From NCBI GenBank assembly GCA_046582655.1, contig JAYGDX010000073.1:31746-95745 (forward strand): a stretch of 64,000 bases of DNA. The letters run 5' to 3'. The notes under the pieces are model-generated. The model did not search any database and was not told where the DNA came from. It was given only the letters and a program-made list of their open reading frames with translations. Within the stretch, counting starts at the first letter, position 1, and each line of letters begins with the position of its first letter. Source of the DNA: Candidatus Poribacteria bacterium (GTDB lineage: Bacteria; Poribacteria; WGA-4E; UBA9662). The translations under genes were made by a program, and so were the position numbers. Positions 10,741 through 20,070 of this stretch are shown piece by piece.

Positions 10741-11458
10741 AAACACTCGATTCGCCATATTATTCTTGCCATGATATTCCCCGTTTGATGAGAAGAAACA
10801 GCTTGCTGGCCTCTCTGTAGTACGATATTCTGAAATTCTGTCTTTAAACCGACTTAGTTTTTAAAGCAGTTTATCTAGAATGGGCCTGCTAATCTTTGCC
10901 CAGCCTTCCGCTAATTTCGAATTAAATGCACTCATTCTGAATACTCGTTAGCTGCAACCTAATTGTATATTGAGGTTGTAAATGATATTTGAAATACTGG
11001 ATATGAACTGTTCAAAGGAAAAAACATTCAGTATCTAGCCCGCATGTTCAGAGAAATAGGAAGTTCTGCCTATATTCTGCTATTTTACATGTTTGATTTT
11101 ATCTTATTTTTACTTAAATATGTGGATCATGATTAAATGAAACTTGATTCTTTTGTCATAATAACAGGGAGTTTTTGTGGATTTGAGGTGGAACTGAGAC
11201 AAAGGGGGTTGGTGGCGAGAACTGAAACATGGAAGGCCTAGCCCCGTACTCTTAGAGATTCCAGGAGATGTCGCGCTGGAGGGATTCCTAGACGATGCTT
11301 TCGATTATACTCCAGTGAAGGTCCGCAAGTCCAGCGTAGACGCTAGTGGTGTCTGAGAGTTGGTGACATCTCTGCTTGAGACTTCATGTCTTGTCATTAG
11401 TTCGGTGCGGATCTCATCTTCCATTTAGTGTACCATCAATTAATAAGGAGGACGGTCG

Positions 11459-11515
11459 ATGGCGCTACAGATGATAACCAAGACGGAGGAAAATGCCTCA
11501 TGCTACCTGTTGTGA
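11459..11515 (+). other. 18-codon ORF (MALQMITKTEENASCYLL) with a perfect Shine-Dalgarno (AAGGAGG, 7-nt spacer); candidate leader peptide or small protein
   Basis: AAGGAGG at 11445-11451. ATG at 11459. It lies immediately upstream of a promoter-like element and downstream of a GC-rich structured segment. Confidence 0.25.
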
Positions 11516-11517
11516 GG

Positions 11518-11549
11518 ATTTGCAGGTATACTGATCCATGTTAGTATAA
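11518..11549 (+). promoter_or_regulatory. sigma-70-like promoter (TTGCAG-N19-TATAAT) overlapping a conserved 13-mer AGGTATACTGATC
   Basis: -35-like TTGCAG at 11518-23 and -10 TATAAT at 11544-49. The 13-mer at 11524-36 recurs at 18434-46 upstream of the MFS gene. Confidence 0.35.
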
Positions 11550-11712
11550 TATAATTATAGTTTTCTGATAAGGGTGGTTTATTTATGCCGAAAATTCCCG
11601 TAGGAAAGTTAACAAAAATTTATCGGCTAATATCTTCTGCGTTTCAGTTCTATGGTCAGAACTTGCGTCTATTAATTTTTATTTGATTCATTGTTGATCT
11701 AGGAAGGACACT

Positions 11713-13182
11713 GTGTCTAAAATCGTCGTTGCCAATTGTTTTCAGGAAACCAACTCATTTCATCCTAATTCTACCACCTATGAGCATTTTAACGTCCATT
11801 TTGGTCAAGATTTATTCGAGGCTGATCGTCAGGATATTAGTGGCGCCTTAAATGTCTTTTCTCGACAAACTAATATAGAACTTGTACCTACCTATGGAGC
11901 GGGTATGGGGGCAGGTGGGACCATTACCCAAGCGTGCTTCGATCAAATTGCCGAAGAATGTCTTGAAGCTATAGAAAAACACAGTACCAATGCCGAAGCA
12001 CTTTATTTTTCCATGCATGGGGCAATGGCAGCAGAAGAGGAAAAGGATCCAGAAGGCTACCTCCTTGAGGAAACCCGAAAGATTCTGGGACCTAATGTGC
12101 CCATCGTGATTTCATTAGACATGCATGGCACCGTTACTCGTCGCATGTTACAAAACATCAACGGAGCTGCCATTCTACACACTTATCCTCATATCGATTG
12201 GTATCAGTTAGGAAAGCGCGCAGCTAGTATGTTGCTGCGTATTCTGGAGGGGGTGAAGCCTATTATAGCTAGCGTTTACACGCCGACCATGGTGCGTGGT
12301 GACGAACTGAAGACAGCCACCGGCGTCCACGGTACGCTCATACGACACTGCGAACACCTCGAAGAAAGGAACGACGTATTGGCTGCAGGTATTATGCTTG
12401 GCCATCCGCCTACCGATGTACCGGAACAGGGTTCCAGAATTGTTATTGTCACCGATGATAATAGAGAATTGGCTGAACAGGAGGCCTTGAAACTAGGAAC
12501 CGATTTTTGGGCCCTACGGGCACGTATGCAGTGCGTATTGTACAGGGTGGAAGATGCAATTAAAATAGCAAAAAAATCGGATGGGCCTGTTATCTTCTCC
12601 GATGCTGCTGATGCCACCAGTTCTGGAGCACCAGGTACCAGTAACGCTATTCTTAAAGGACTTTTGCAGAGTGATTATGCTGGACGGGTACTTTTCCCAA
12701 TTCGGGATGAGCCTGCTGTTGAGAAAGCGATGGAAGCAGGAATAGGCAGAACCATTACTGTCCCGCTTGGTGGGACCAAAGATCCTCGCTTTATTCCGCT
12801 AGAAGTAGAGGTCACGGTGGAAATGCTATCGACTGGCAAGTATTTCTCTCAAGGAAATGGTATGGGAAATGCTGGTCCTCTAGCTATACTAAGAACCAAT
12901 AATATCACCATCGTTGTCTCAACTCAACCTAGTGTTTTGTGCGATTACTCAATGTATCTCGGTCTGGGACAAGATCCGAAAAAATTCGATATAATTATCG
13001 TTAAATTGCCTCATACTCCGCATCATCTTTATGATGCTTGGGCTGTAAGGAACATGACTATCGATGTTCCAGGTGCTGCCAGTCCCAACATCAAGACATT
13101 GGGACACAAAATTGTCCCGCGCCCCATTTATCCGTTGGATGAAGATATGTCCTTTATACCTAGCGTAGAGGTGTTTTCATAG
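11713..13182 (+). CDS. M81 family metallopeptidase (MlrC/microcystinase C-like, DUF1485+MlrC_C); GTG start
   Basis: N-terminus VVANCFQETNSF and overall 489-aa architecture match the MlrC family. Confidence 0.55.
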   Translation: MSKIVVANCFQETNSFHPNSTTYEHFNVHFGQDLFEADRQDISGALNVFSRQTNIELVPTYGAGMGAGGTITQACFDQIAEECLEAIEKHSTNAEALYFSMHGAMAAEEEKDPEGYLLEETRKILGPNVPIVISLDMHGTVTRRMLQNINGAAILHTYPHIDWYQLGKRAASMLLRILEGVKPIIASVYTPTMVRGDELKTATGVHGTLIRHCEHLEERNDVLAAGIMLGHPPTDVPEQGSRIVIVTDDNRELAEQEALKLGTDFWALRARMQCVLYRVEDAIKIAKKSDGPVIFSDAADATSSGAPGTSNAILKGLLQSDYAGRVLFPIRDEPAVEKAMEAGIGRTITVPLGGTKDPRFIPLEVEVTVEMLSTGKYFSQGNGMGNAGPLAILRTNNITIVVSTQPSVLCDYSMYLGLGQDPKKFDIIIVKLPHTPHHLYDAWAVRNMTIDVPGAASPNIKTLGHKIVPRPIYPLDEDMSFIPSVEVFS

Positions 13183-13402
13183 ATACTATTCTATTGTACT
13201 CGCTTCGCTGAAAGTGTGTGATGGAGATTTTCAGATTGACTGGAACGGTTGACCCTAATTCTACTATACTTTTTTGGAATTATGGTTTTATTTGGGTTGG
13301 AGGTCACTTGGACTTAATGAGGAGTGGTTATAATGTCTCGGATTAATATAATTTTTTCCTCGACGCTTCATTTCTATAATCTTTAATAATGCTATATTTC
13401 AT

Positions 13403-14152
13403 TTGAGGGGGATGGTAATGAGTAGTAAAGAAGAACTCTTCGCTCATCTTGACAAACACGGTTACGTTGTACTGAAGGGGGTTTTGACAGTGAATCAGGT
13501 TGGCGCACTGAGGGAAAGGTCAATCGAGCTGATAAAAAAAGAGCGGGAGTTAGGAGCACAATTATACTTAGATAACAGATCGCAGCGCGTATGGAATTTA
13601 GTGAACAAAGGCAAAATCTTTGCGGACATGATACAGCATCCGTCGGTATTGGAGTTTCAAGAATATTTGTTGGGAAATAATTGTACTTTAAGCAGTTTTA
13701 CAGTCAATCTGATAGGACCGGGGTCTCCCGTTTCCGGGCTACACATTGATTATCCATTGAGTAATCTTCCAACACCACACCCATCCTTTGCTCTTTGTGC
13801 CAACAGCGTTTATCTGCTTGATGATTTCAGTTTGGAAAACGGCGCTACACGGCTTATTCCTGGAAGTCACAAGCGTGGCTATGGTCCTTCACCCGGTGAG
13901 ATGTATGATGATGTTATTCAAGTCACTGGTAAGAAAGGAGACATTATTATTGTTCATGGACATATATGGCACAGTAGTGGCGAAAATCACACTGATCGGG
14001 ATCGCGTTGCTTTACTAGGTTTCTTCTGCCGTTCTTTTATGAAGCCACAGCAAGATCATCTGAAGCTAATTGCAACAGATATTATTGAAGAGGCCTCCCC
14101 CACTTTAAAGCGGTTGCTCGGCATGGATTCACAGCCAAACCTAAATGATTAA
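13403..14152 (+). CDS. PhyH family Fe(II)/2OG dioxygenase
   Basis: LFAHLDKHGYVVLKGVLT N-terminus and HxD...H context (GLHIDYP, HGHIWHSS). Start could be 13418 or 13427. Confidence 0.7.
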   Translation: MRGMVMSSKEELFAHLDKHGYVVLKGVLTVNQVGALRERSIELIKKERELGAQLYLDNRSQRVWNLVNKGKIFADMIQHPSVLEFQEYLLGNNCTLSSFTVNLIGPGSPVSGLHIDYPLSNLPTPHPSFALCANSVYLLDDFSLENGATRLIPGSHKRGYGPSPGEMYDDVIQVTGKKGDIIIVHGHIWHSSGENHTDRDRVALLGFFCRSFMKPQQDHLKLIATDIIEEASPTLKRLLGMDSQPNLND

Positions 14153-14270
14153 ACTCAAGTAGGTTGTGGTGAGAGTCGTATGATAAATTGAGGTTACTTA
14201 ACTCCTTCTCCCTTCCTGATTCCTAATCAAACATGAATATAGGTAAAGGTTGATAACAAACTGCCATCTT

Positions 14271-15155
14271 TCAGTTTGTTCGGTGCATGACAACGCCTTT
14301 AGGGTTTTCGAGGGCATCCATCCATAGTCGACACCACTCAGTGTGGTCTGTTAGTACATTGTCGGAATTGCTTGAACTGCGAACAACAAACGCCGGATGT
14401 CCAGTACGGCCAGTGTGCTGACCGGTCGGTTGGTATCGTAGATCAATTGACCAACGGCATGACTCTGAAAGGTTGAGATTTCCACGGTGGGGCGTGAATC
14501 TATGCATTAGAATTACGTCACCTTTGTAACAGACCATTGGAAGTGGTTCAACATCTGGCACGAGGTCAGGAATGATATGCGTTCCGCCCTCTGGACAATG
14601 GTCAAGATACCCTTTGCTGATGATTCCAGGTAGAATTTCCATACATCCCATTTCAAGTGTCGCATCACCCAGTGGTAGCCAACAAGTGGTTATTTTGGAC
14701 TTTTCAGCTTCTGGCATCATTACTGCCGCATCCTGATGTAAAGGAGCTATGTGAGAAGAAGATTCAGCATCCTGATAATATTTGATTGGTGGTGTAGGAC
14801 GAAGATGTTGTATGGGATTGCAGGTGATTTCAGAACCAACCAGGGATTCTACGACGTCAAGTAGGTTTTTGTTGTGGAGAAATTCAAAGATTGCTGGGCC
14901 GCGGTAATGCATGATATCTAATCCGTGGGCGATCTCTGAAGATTGCTCGAAAATTAGCCCAAAGCACTTCTCAAACGGTTCATTTTCGTATAACTTCCGG
15001 ATTTTCCCTGCCACCTTCAATTCGTGTGCCCGACGATAAATGAAAGCTGATATCTCGTCAATTATTGGTTGCAGGTCTTCATCAGTCAAGGCATTCTTTA
15101 CAATCAGCACCCCTTGTGTATTGAACGTATCGATCTGTTTTTTTGTCAACTTCAT
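14271..15155 (-). CDS. PhyH family Fe(II)/2OG dioxygenase
   Basis: QIDTFNTQGVLIVKNALT N-terminus and HQDAA iron-binding context. 294 aa. Confidence 0.7.
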   Translation of the reverse strand: MKLTKKQIDTFNTQGVLIVKNALTDEDLQPIIDEISAFIYRRAHELKVAGKIRKLYENEPFEKCFGLIFEQSSEIAHGLDIMHYRGPAIFEFLHNKNLLDVVESLVGSEITCNPIQHLRPTPPIKYYQDAESSSHIAPLHQDAAVMMPEAEKSKITTCWLPLGDATLEMGCMEILPGIISKGYLDHCPEGGTHIIPDLVPDVEPLPMVCYKGDVILMHRFTPHRGNLNLSESCRWSIDLRYQPTGQHTGRTGHPAFVVRSSSNSDNVLTDHTEWCRLWMDALENPKGVVMHRTN

Positions 15156-15324
15156 GCCTGTTACCTCCAGTCAGGATTTGCATTTTCCTCTTTTATTCTA
15201 GCATATCCTATAGTTGACTCGATAGACTTATAATCCAAAATCAATAATTGAAAAAACAGTGATGATTTGATAACCTTGACCAGATGATTTAAAACCCGTG
15301 AGTTGTGTGAGATAGGATAGAATC

Positions 15325-16080
15325 ATGGTTTCGCTTAAGTTTAAAGCACGAATTCCTGTTTTTGATGCGAATATTCGCGTTGGCGATTTGCACAACGAGT
15401 TATCCCCCTGCAGAAATCGGAATCAACTGTTGACCGAAATGGATCTACATGGGGTTCAGCAAGCATTGGTTTACCATGTTCAGGCTGAAACCATTAGCCC
15501 TGTTGATGGTAATCGTTACCTAGAATCATGGCTTGATAATGACGGACGTACGTATCCACAGTGGTTGGTTATGCCCTCATCTGATTCCATCTCCCAGATT
15601 CAGACACTTTACGCCAAAGGTAAAGTTCAATCTGTTCGTTTGTATGATACTCAATCAGTAGGTTTGCCTCTGCGACCTTGGGCTTATGACGGACTCCTTT
15701 CTTGGCTTAGTGAAGTTCGTGTTCCGACCTTCATTTCTCTGCCGGATGCTAATTCTGATGAACTGGTAACAACGCTATCGGCCTATCCAGAATTAGTAGC
15801 GGTTTTAGTCGGAGCGCATTATCAACATGCTCTCTGGATACGACCGATTTTAACGGCTTTGCCTAATGCCTATCTGGAGTTGAGTCGTTACGAACCAATC
15901 GGTGAGATAGAAGCGTTGCGCGATGAGTTTGGGGCTAATCGGTTGATCTATGGTTCTTGGTATCCGCGTTATGCTATGGGACCGATGTTGTTTTACCTAC
16001 ACCATACCACCTTGACAGAGGCCGAATTGGCATTGGTTTGTGCTGGTAATCTAACCCGAATTTTAGAGGAGGTGTTATGA
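15325..16080 (+). CDS. amidohydrolase-2 (PF04909-like) paralogue lacking the N-terminal HxH metal ligands
   Basis: C-terminal GANRLIYGSWYP...CAGNLTRIL matches Amidohydro_2. The N-terminus has VFDANIRVGD in place of IDxHxH. 4-nt overlap with the next gene. Confidence 0.45.
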   Translation: MVSLKFKARIPVFDANIRVGDLHNELSPCRNRNQLLTEMDLHGVQQALVYHVQAETISPVDGNRYLESWLDNDGRTYPQWLVMPSSDSISQIQTLYAKGKVQSVRLYDTQSVGLPLRPWAYDGLLSWLSEVRVPTFISLPDANSDELVTTLSAYPELVAVLVGAHYQHALWIRPILTALPNAYLELSRYEPIGEIEALRDEFGANRLIYGSWYPRYAMGPMLFYLHHTTLTEAELALVCAGNLTRILEEVL

Positions 16081-16829
16081 TGATTGAAAGTAGTCGAGTC
16101 ATTGACTTTCACGGCCACGTTGGTCGCTGGGATATATATGGGATGATAGACAATCCAGATCTGATGCTGCAAGCCATGGACGCGGTGGGAATTGACAATG
16201 CCTGTCTATTTCATATTTTCCATCCTGATGGAGTTTCCAGTAATGATTTGACAGCACGCTTTGTCGCACAACATCCAGATCGTTTTGTTGGTTTTGCATA
16301 TGTTTCACCCCTTATGTCTTCTGGTTGTATAGACGAACTAGCGCGAGCAATTGACGAATTGCAATTTTCTGCTATTAAGCTCTATCCACCCTACACTCCT
16401 TGGCCGCTGAATAAACCGCAGTGGAATCCTATCTACGAATTCGCTGACGAGCGAGGATTGACCATCATTTTTCATACTGATAGTGGTCCTCAAAGTCAGC
16501 CCAAGTTTATAGCCGATATCGCACCTCGCTATCCAAACGCCAATTTTGTGGCAGGTCATTCGGGTAACATTGCCGAGCCACGGGGGCAAGCCATCGCAGC
16601 CGCGCGAGCCTATCCAAACGTATATTTGGAAACTTGTTCAACCTTTCGCACCCCTGGAGTGATTGAAGAATTGGTGAATGAAGCGGGTGCAGATCGTGTA
16701 TTGTTCGGTTCGGATATGCCTTTGATGGATCCACGTTCCCAGATTGGTAAGATTATCACTGCCCGTATTTCTGATGAAGCCAAGCAGAAAATTTTGGGCG
16801 GAAATGCCAGCCGTTTGTTAGGAATCTAA
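16077..16829 (+). CDS. amidohydrolase-2 family metal-dependent hydrolase (LigI/LigJ/ACMSD-like)
   Basis: IDFHGHVG, VLFGSDMPL and ILGGNASRLLG motifs. Confidence 0.7.
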   Translation: MMIESSRVIDFHGHVGRWDIYGMIDNPDLMLQAMDAVGIDNACLFHIFHPDGVSSNDLTARFVAQHPDRFVGFAYVSPLMSSGCIDELARAIDELQFSAIKLYPPYTPWPLNKPQWNPIYEFADERGLTIIFHTDSGPQSQPKFIADIAPRYPNANFVAGHSGNIAEPRGQAIAAARAYPNVYLETCSTFRTPGVIEELVNEAGADRVLFGSDMPLMDPRSQIGKIITARISDEAKQKILGGNASRLLGI

Positions 16830-16946
16830 ATTTCCTTAGTTTGTTTGGTTTTGTACGCATTCTAATTTATATCGTAGAAAAGAATTTATATTTAGCATGC
16901 CAGATTGGGCTTAAGGATCAAAGAGGTGATTGTAACGAGTACTCAC

Positions 16947-17633
16947 TTACACTTGGAACTTGAGTTGACTCGCCTTATCGTTTTGGATATTGGCACAATG
17001 CTCCTCAAAATTCAGCATCTCTATAAGGCTAACACCATTGGCCATTGCTTCCAGCAGACGATCTTCATTTCTCTGGATGTCTTCTGCCACTGGTATAAGA
17101 GCATCCAACTCCTCGATGGTTGCAACGACGATACCATCATCGTCACCGAACAGAATATCCCCGGGATTTACGATGATGCTGCCACATATGACCGGAATCT
17201 GGGTTTCAAAAAGCTGGTTTGTCGTGCCAGGCACACAACTTACTGACCGAGCGTAATAAGGAATTTCCATAGTTCGAACAGCTGCGGTGTCTCGACAGGG
17301 GCCATCGTTGATGATACCTGCTAGTCCCTTGCGTGCGGCTTCGGTTGGAAACAACTCACCAGTGAGTGCTTTGTGACTGTTCTGTGAGTCGATGACAATT
17401 ACTTCCCCTGGCATGGCATCGCGTAAGGCCTTAACCACGGTCAAAAAGTCATCATAACAAGTGACCGTGTGTGCGTAACCTACAAGCTTCAGCCCTATGC
17501 AGATCGGTCGTATTCCAGAGTCCATAACGCGCAGATTTAAGTTTAGTACTTTATCCGCATCGCAAATGCATGCTGTATCGAGTTTCAACAAGCGCTGCTT
17601 AATATCATCAAAATTTATCATGTCCTTCTCCAA
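16947..17633 (-). CDS. RraA family protein (4-hydroxy-4-methyl-2-oxoglutarate / 4-carboxy-4-hydroxy-2-oxoadipate aldolase-like)
   Basis: DTACICDA motif and RraA-family length/architecture. Confidence 0.7.
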   Translation of the reverse strand: MEKDMINFDDIKQRLLKLDTACICDADKVLNLNLRVMDSGIRPICIGLKLVGYAHTVTCYDDFLTVVKALRDAMPGEVIVIDSQNSHKALTGELFPTEAARKGLAGIINDGPCRDTAAVRTMEIPYYARSVSCVPGTTNQLFETQIPVICGSIIVNPGDILFGDDDGIVVATIEELDALIPVAEDIQRNEDRLLEAMANGVSLIEMLNFEEHCANIQNDKASQLKFQV

Positions 17634-18433
17634 TTGCAGATTTCAGAATAAGAGTTCGGATTTCGTCAATTTCATGTTTGCAGACGTCCTTCATCCTGAA
17701 ATCTCTTTATTGTATGTATATGCAAGAGCCACCATTTGGTCGTCGTTAGTAAAATCGGATTTTCGCTTTGGGTTAGATTTCTACAAATGTGCGTGATTGA
17801 ACAAAATCACTGGCGATTGTTACAGATATCACTGTTTCATTTGTTGCGTTTCTTCAATAGCAAGGGGTTAGATGAACGTAAAAGGAGGATAATTGTCTTC
17901 AATATTTCACCTACGATAACACGACCAGCCGAAGGGATCAATGGATATATAATATTCGTCATTAACCTCAATGTACAATTGCTATTTTGTTTGTTCTAAT
18001 ATGTTTCTTCTGATAAGATGATGAACCTGAAATGAGGAAGTTTCCACGATTAACAATGATTTATCTTCCAGATCTTTGTAGGCCAATAATCCAAGTTTGG
18101 CTAAAGCCAGACGTCCAATTACAGGAAACTTGTATTAGTAGCCAATCGGTCCAGTCCTATTGGGACTTTTCCTGTCTGTTTTCTGTGAGACCTCGCCCAA
18201 TTTGCGTTGGATTCAATCTCATGGTGCTGGTATGAACAATTTCCTGTTCCCTGGAATCATTGACCAAGATTTTACGGTGACCAATATGGCAGGCCGTCAG
18301 CCAGGAAGCTAGGTACGTCTGAGCATTATTGCTTTCTTTCGTTCGTACACTTTCGACATCGTGTCAATGGCCGGAAATTTTGGCAAATGCTTGCTGTCGA
18401 ACTGACGTGAGGAACGTTTGGAATCGTCGGTCT

Positions 18434-18473
18434 AGGTATACTGATCTAGCTTGTGCAACCTAATTTTCTTCTA
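18434..18473 (+). promoter_or_regulatory. Two conserved motifs (AGGTATACTGATC and TGCAACCTAATT) shared with the region upstream of the M81 peptidase gene
   Basis: Exact 13-mer at 18434-46 matches 11524-36. Exact 12-mer at 18462-73 matches 10947-58. Located 20-60 nt upstream of the MFS start codon. Confidence 0.3.
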
Positions 18474-18492
18474 GTTACGACTAAGGAAGGTT

Positions 18493-19692
18493 ATGCAAAG
18501 ACCGCCTAAAGTTAATCCGAAAAAGTATTTATGGTGGTGTTGTATCCTTCATGTTATCAATGATGGGTATATTGCCAGTTTGTCTCTCTTACTGCCCTTC
18601 ATAGCTAAGGATTTGGATCTTACCTATACCGAATCTGGTTTGCTTAAAACTGCTATCCACGGTGCTATAAGTGTTGCTCAAGTTCCTGCCGGATTCTTAG
18701 CCGAGCGCTTCGGGGACATTGTGATGCTTGGTCTAGGAGGCTTATGGTTCAGCTTTAGCTATATGATTTTGTTCTTGGCATTTAGTTATTCTTTTACGTT
18801 GATCTTGATACTTTCGGCTGGCGTTGGTGGTGGTGTTTATCATCCTGTAGGCACTGCTCTAGTATCCAATGCCTACCTGGATGGGGAGTCTGGTTCAGCT
18901 ATCAGCACATTGAATTTCTTCGGTGATGTTGGTAAAGCGATCTTCCCCTTTCTAGCCGGTGTGTTGGTTGTCAGGTTCGGATGGCGAGTAAATTGCGTGG
19001 TGTTAGGAATGGTTGGATTGGGAACCTCTATTTTATATCTGTTGTTCTTTCGAAGGGAAATCCGCTTAAAAAGACTTTCGTTAGAGGTCTCAGGCGACCA
19101 GTTTGATAAAACAAGTAGGAGGTGGGGGATAGCACAACCGGGCCAATTCACCCTCTATTCTGTCCTCGGGCTTTTGGACAATGGTATTCGATCTGCCGTT
19201 ACGACATTTTTAGGATTTTTGCTCATTGAAAAAAGAGGAATTCAGGAGAGTTCTGTGGGTGGAATGATGTCGTTAGTTTTTTTGGGTGGGGCGTTGGGAA
19301 AACTCTTATGTGGTCTGTCAATCCAGAAATTTGGCGTAAAGAAAATTATTCTGGTAACAGAGATACTGATGGTCCTCGGTTGTTTTGTCCTACCCATGAT
19401 CCCATCAAGATGGATTCTTTTACTTTTTTTGCCGCTATTTGGGTTTATGTTGAATGGTACATCTTCTGTCATCTATGTTGGTGTTGCACCAACGCTTAGG
19501 TCTGAGTTTCGAAGCCGTGGATACGCGTTACACTATACTCTTAGCTTTCTTTCCTCGGCGATTACGCCTTATCTTTTTGGATTGGTTGGCGATGCATACG
19601 GTCTGAATACTATTTTCCATGCGACAGCCATAGTCATGTTACTGGGTTTGCCGTTAGTGTTTTTTTTTGAAAGAAAGAGAGAATTTCGATAA
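18493..19692 (+). CDS. MFS transporter
   Basis: 12 predicted TM helices. MFS_1-like pattern. 399 aa. Confidence 0.75.
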   Translation: MQRPPKVNPKKYLWWCCILHVINDGYIASLSLLLPFIAKDLDLTYTESGLLKTAIHGAISVAQVPAGFLAERFGDIVMLGLGGLWFSFSYMILFLAFSYSFTLILILSAGVGGGVYHPVGTALVSNAYLDGESGSAISTLNFFGDVGKAIFPFLAGVLVVRFGWRVNCVVLGMVGLGTSILYLLFFRREIRLKRLSLEVSGDQFDKTSRRWGIAQPGQFTLYSVLGLLDNGIRSAVTTFLGFLLIEKRGIQESSVGGMMSLVFLGGALGKLLCGLSIQKFGVKKIILVTEILMVLGCFVLPMIPSRWILLLFLPLFGFMLNGTSSVIYVGVAPTLRSEFRSRGYALHYTLSFLSSAITPYLFGLVGDAYGLNTIFHATAIVMLLGLPLVFFFERKREFR

Positions 19693-20070
19693 ATAATCCC
19701 GTTGAAAAACGCTTTTTTCTTTGGAGCCCCGCTTCTAGTTGGAGTTGAATACGATCGTGCTCCTACCCAAAACCTGACTGCTGGGAAACCGACTTCGATT
19801 GGTTGTATAACGCTTCCAAGTTGTCTGAAGTGCTTCATACTGGAACTCGAAGGAACCCAAGCTTGGTGTCTATGGTGAGCTTTTAACCTCGAGTCACGGA
19901 GGGCAAATGTGATGTGACAAGCTAAATGGACAAAAAAATTGGCATCGGAACGCATCTTATTGGAAATCATACCCGATCGAGATTTTCGAAATGAAGATCT
20001 ACTAATGGACGCGATCCAAGTGGTCCGTGTTGAGTTGTGTCCATTTAGTAATAATAGGAGGTTGATCAAT

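Noticed and set aside
11250-11400. TPP-, ykkC-, or SRP-RNA-like primary-sequence resemblances in the GC-rich intergenic segment
   Set aside because: Only short partial matches (CUGAGA, GGUCCGCAAG, GGGAUUCCUAG) were seen, in the wrong order or spacing for those models. Cannot be confirmed without a covariance-model search.
19939-20070. Upstream 44-codon extension of the amidohydrolase ORF
   Set aside because: A strong AGGAGG RBS precedes the internal ATG at 20071, and the family homology begins there.
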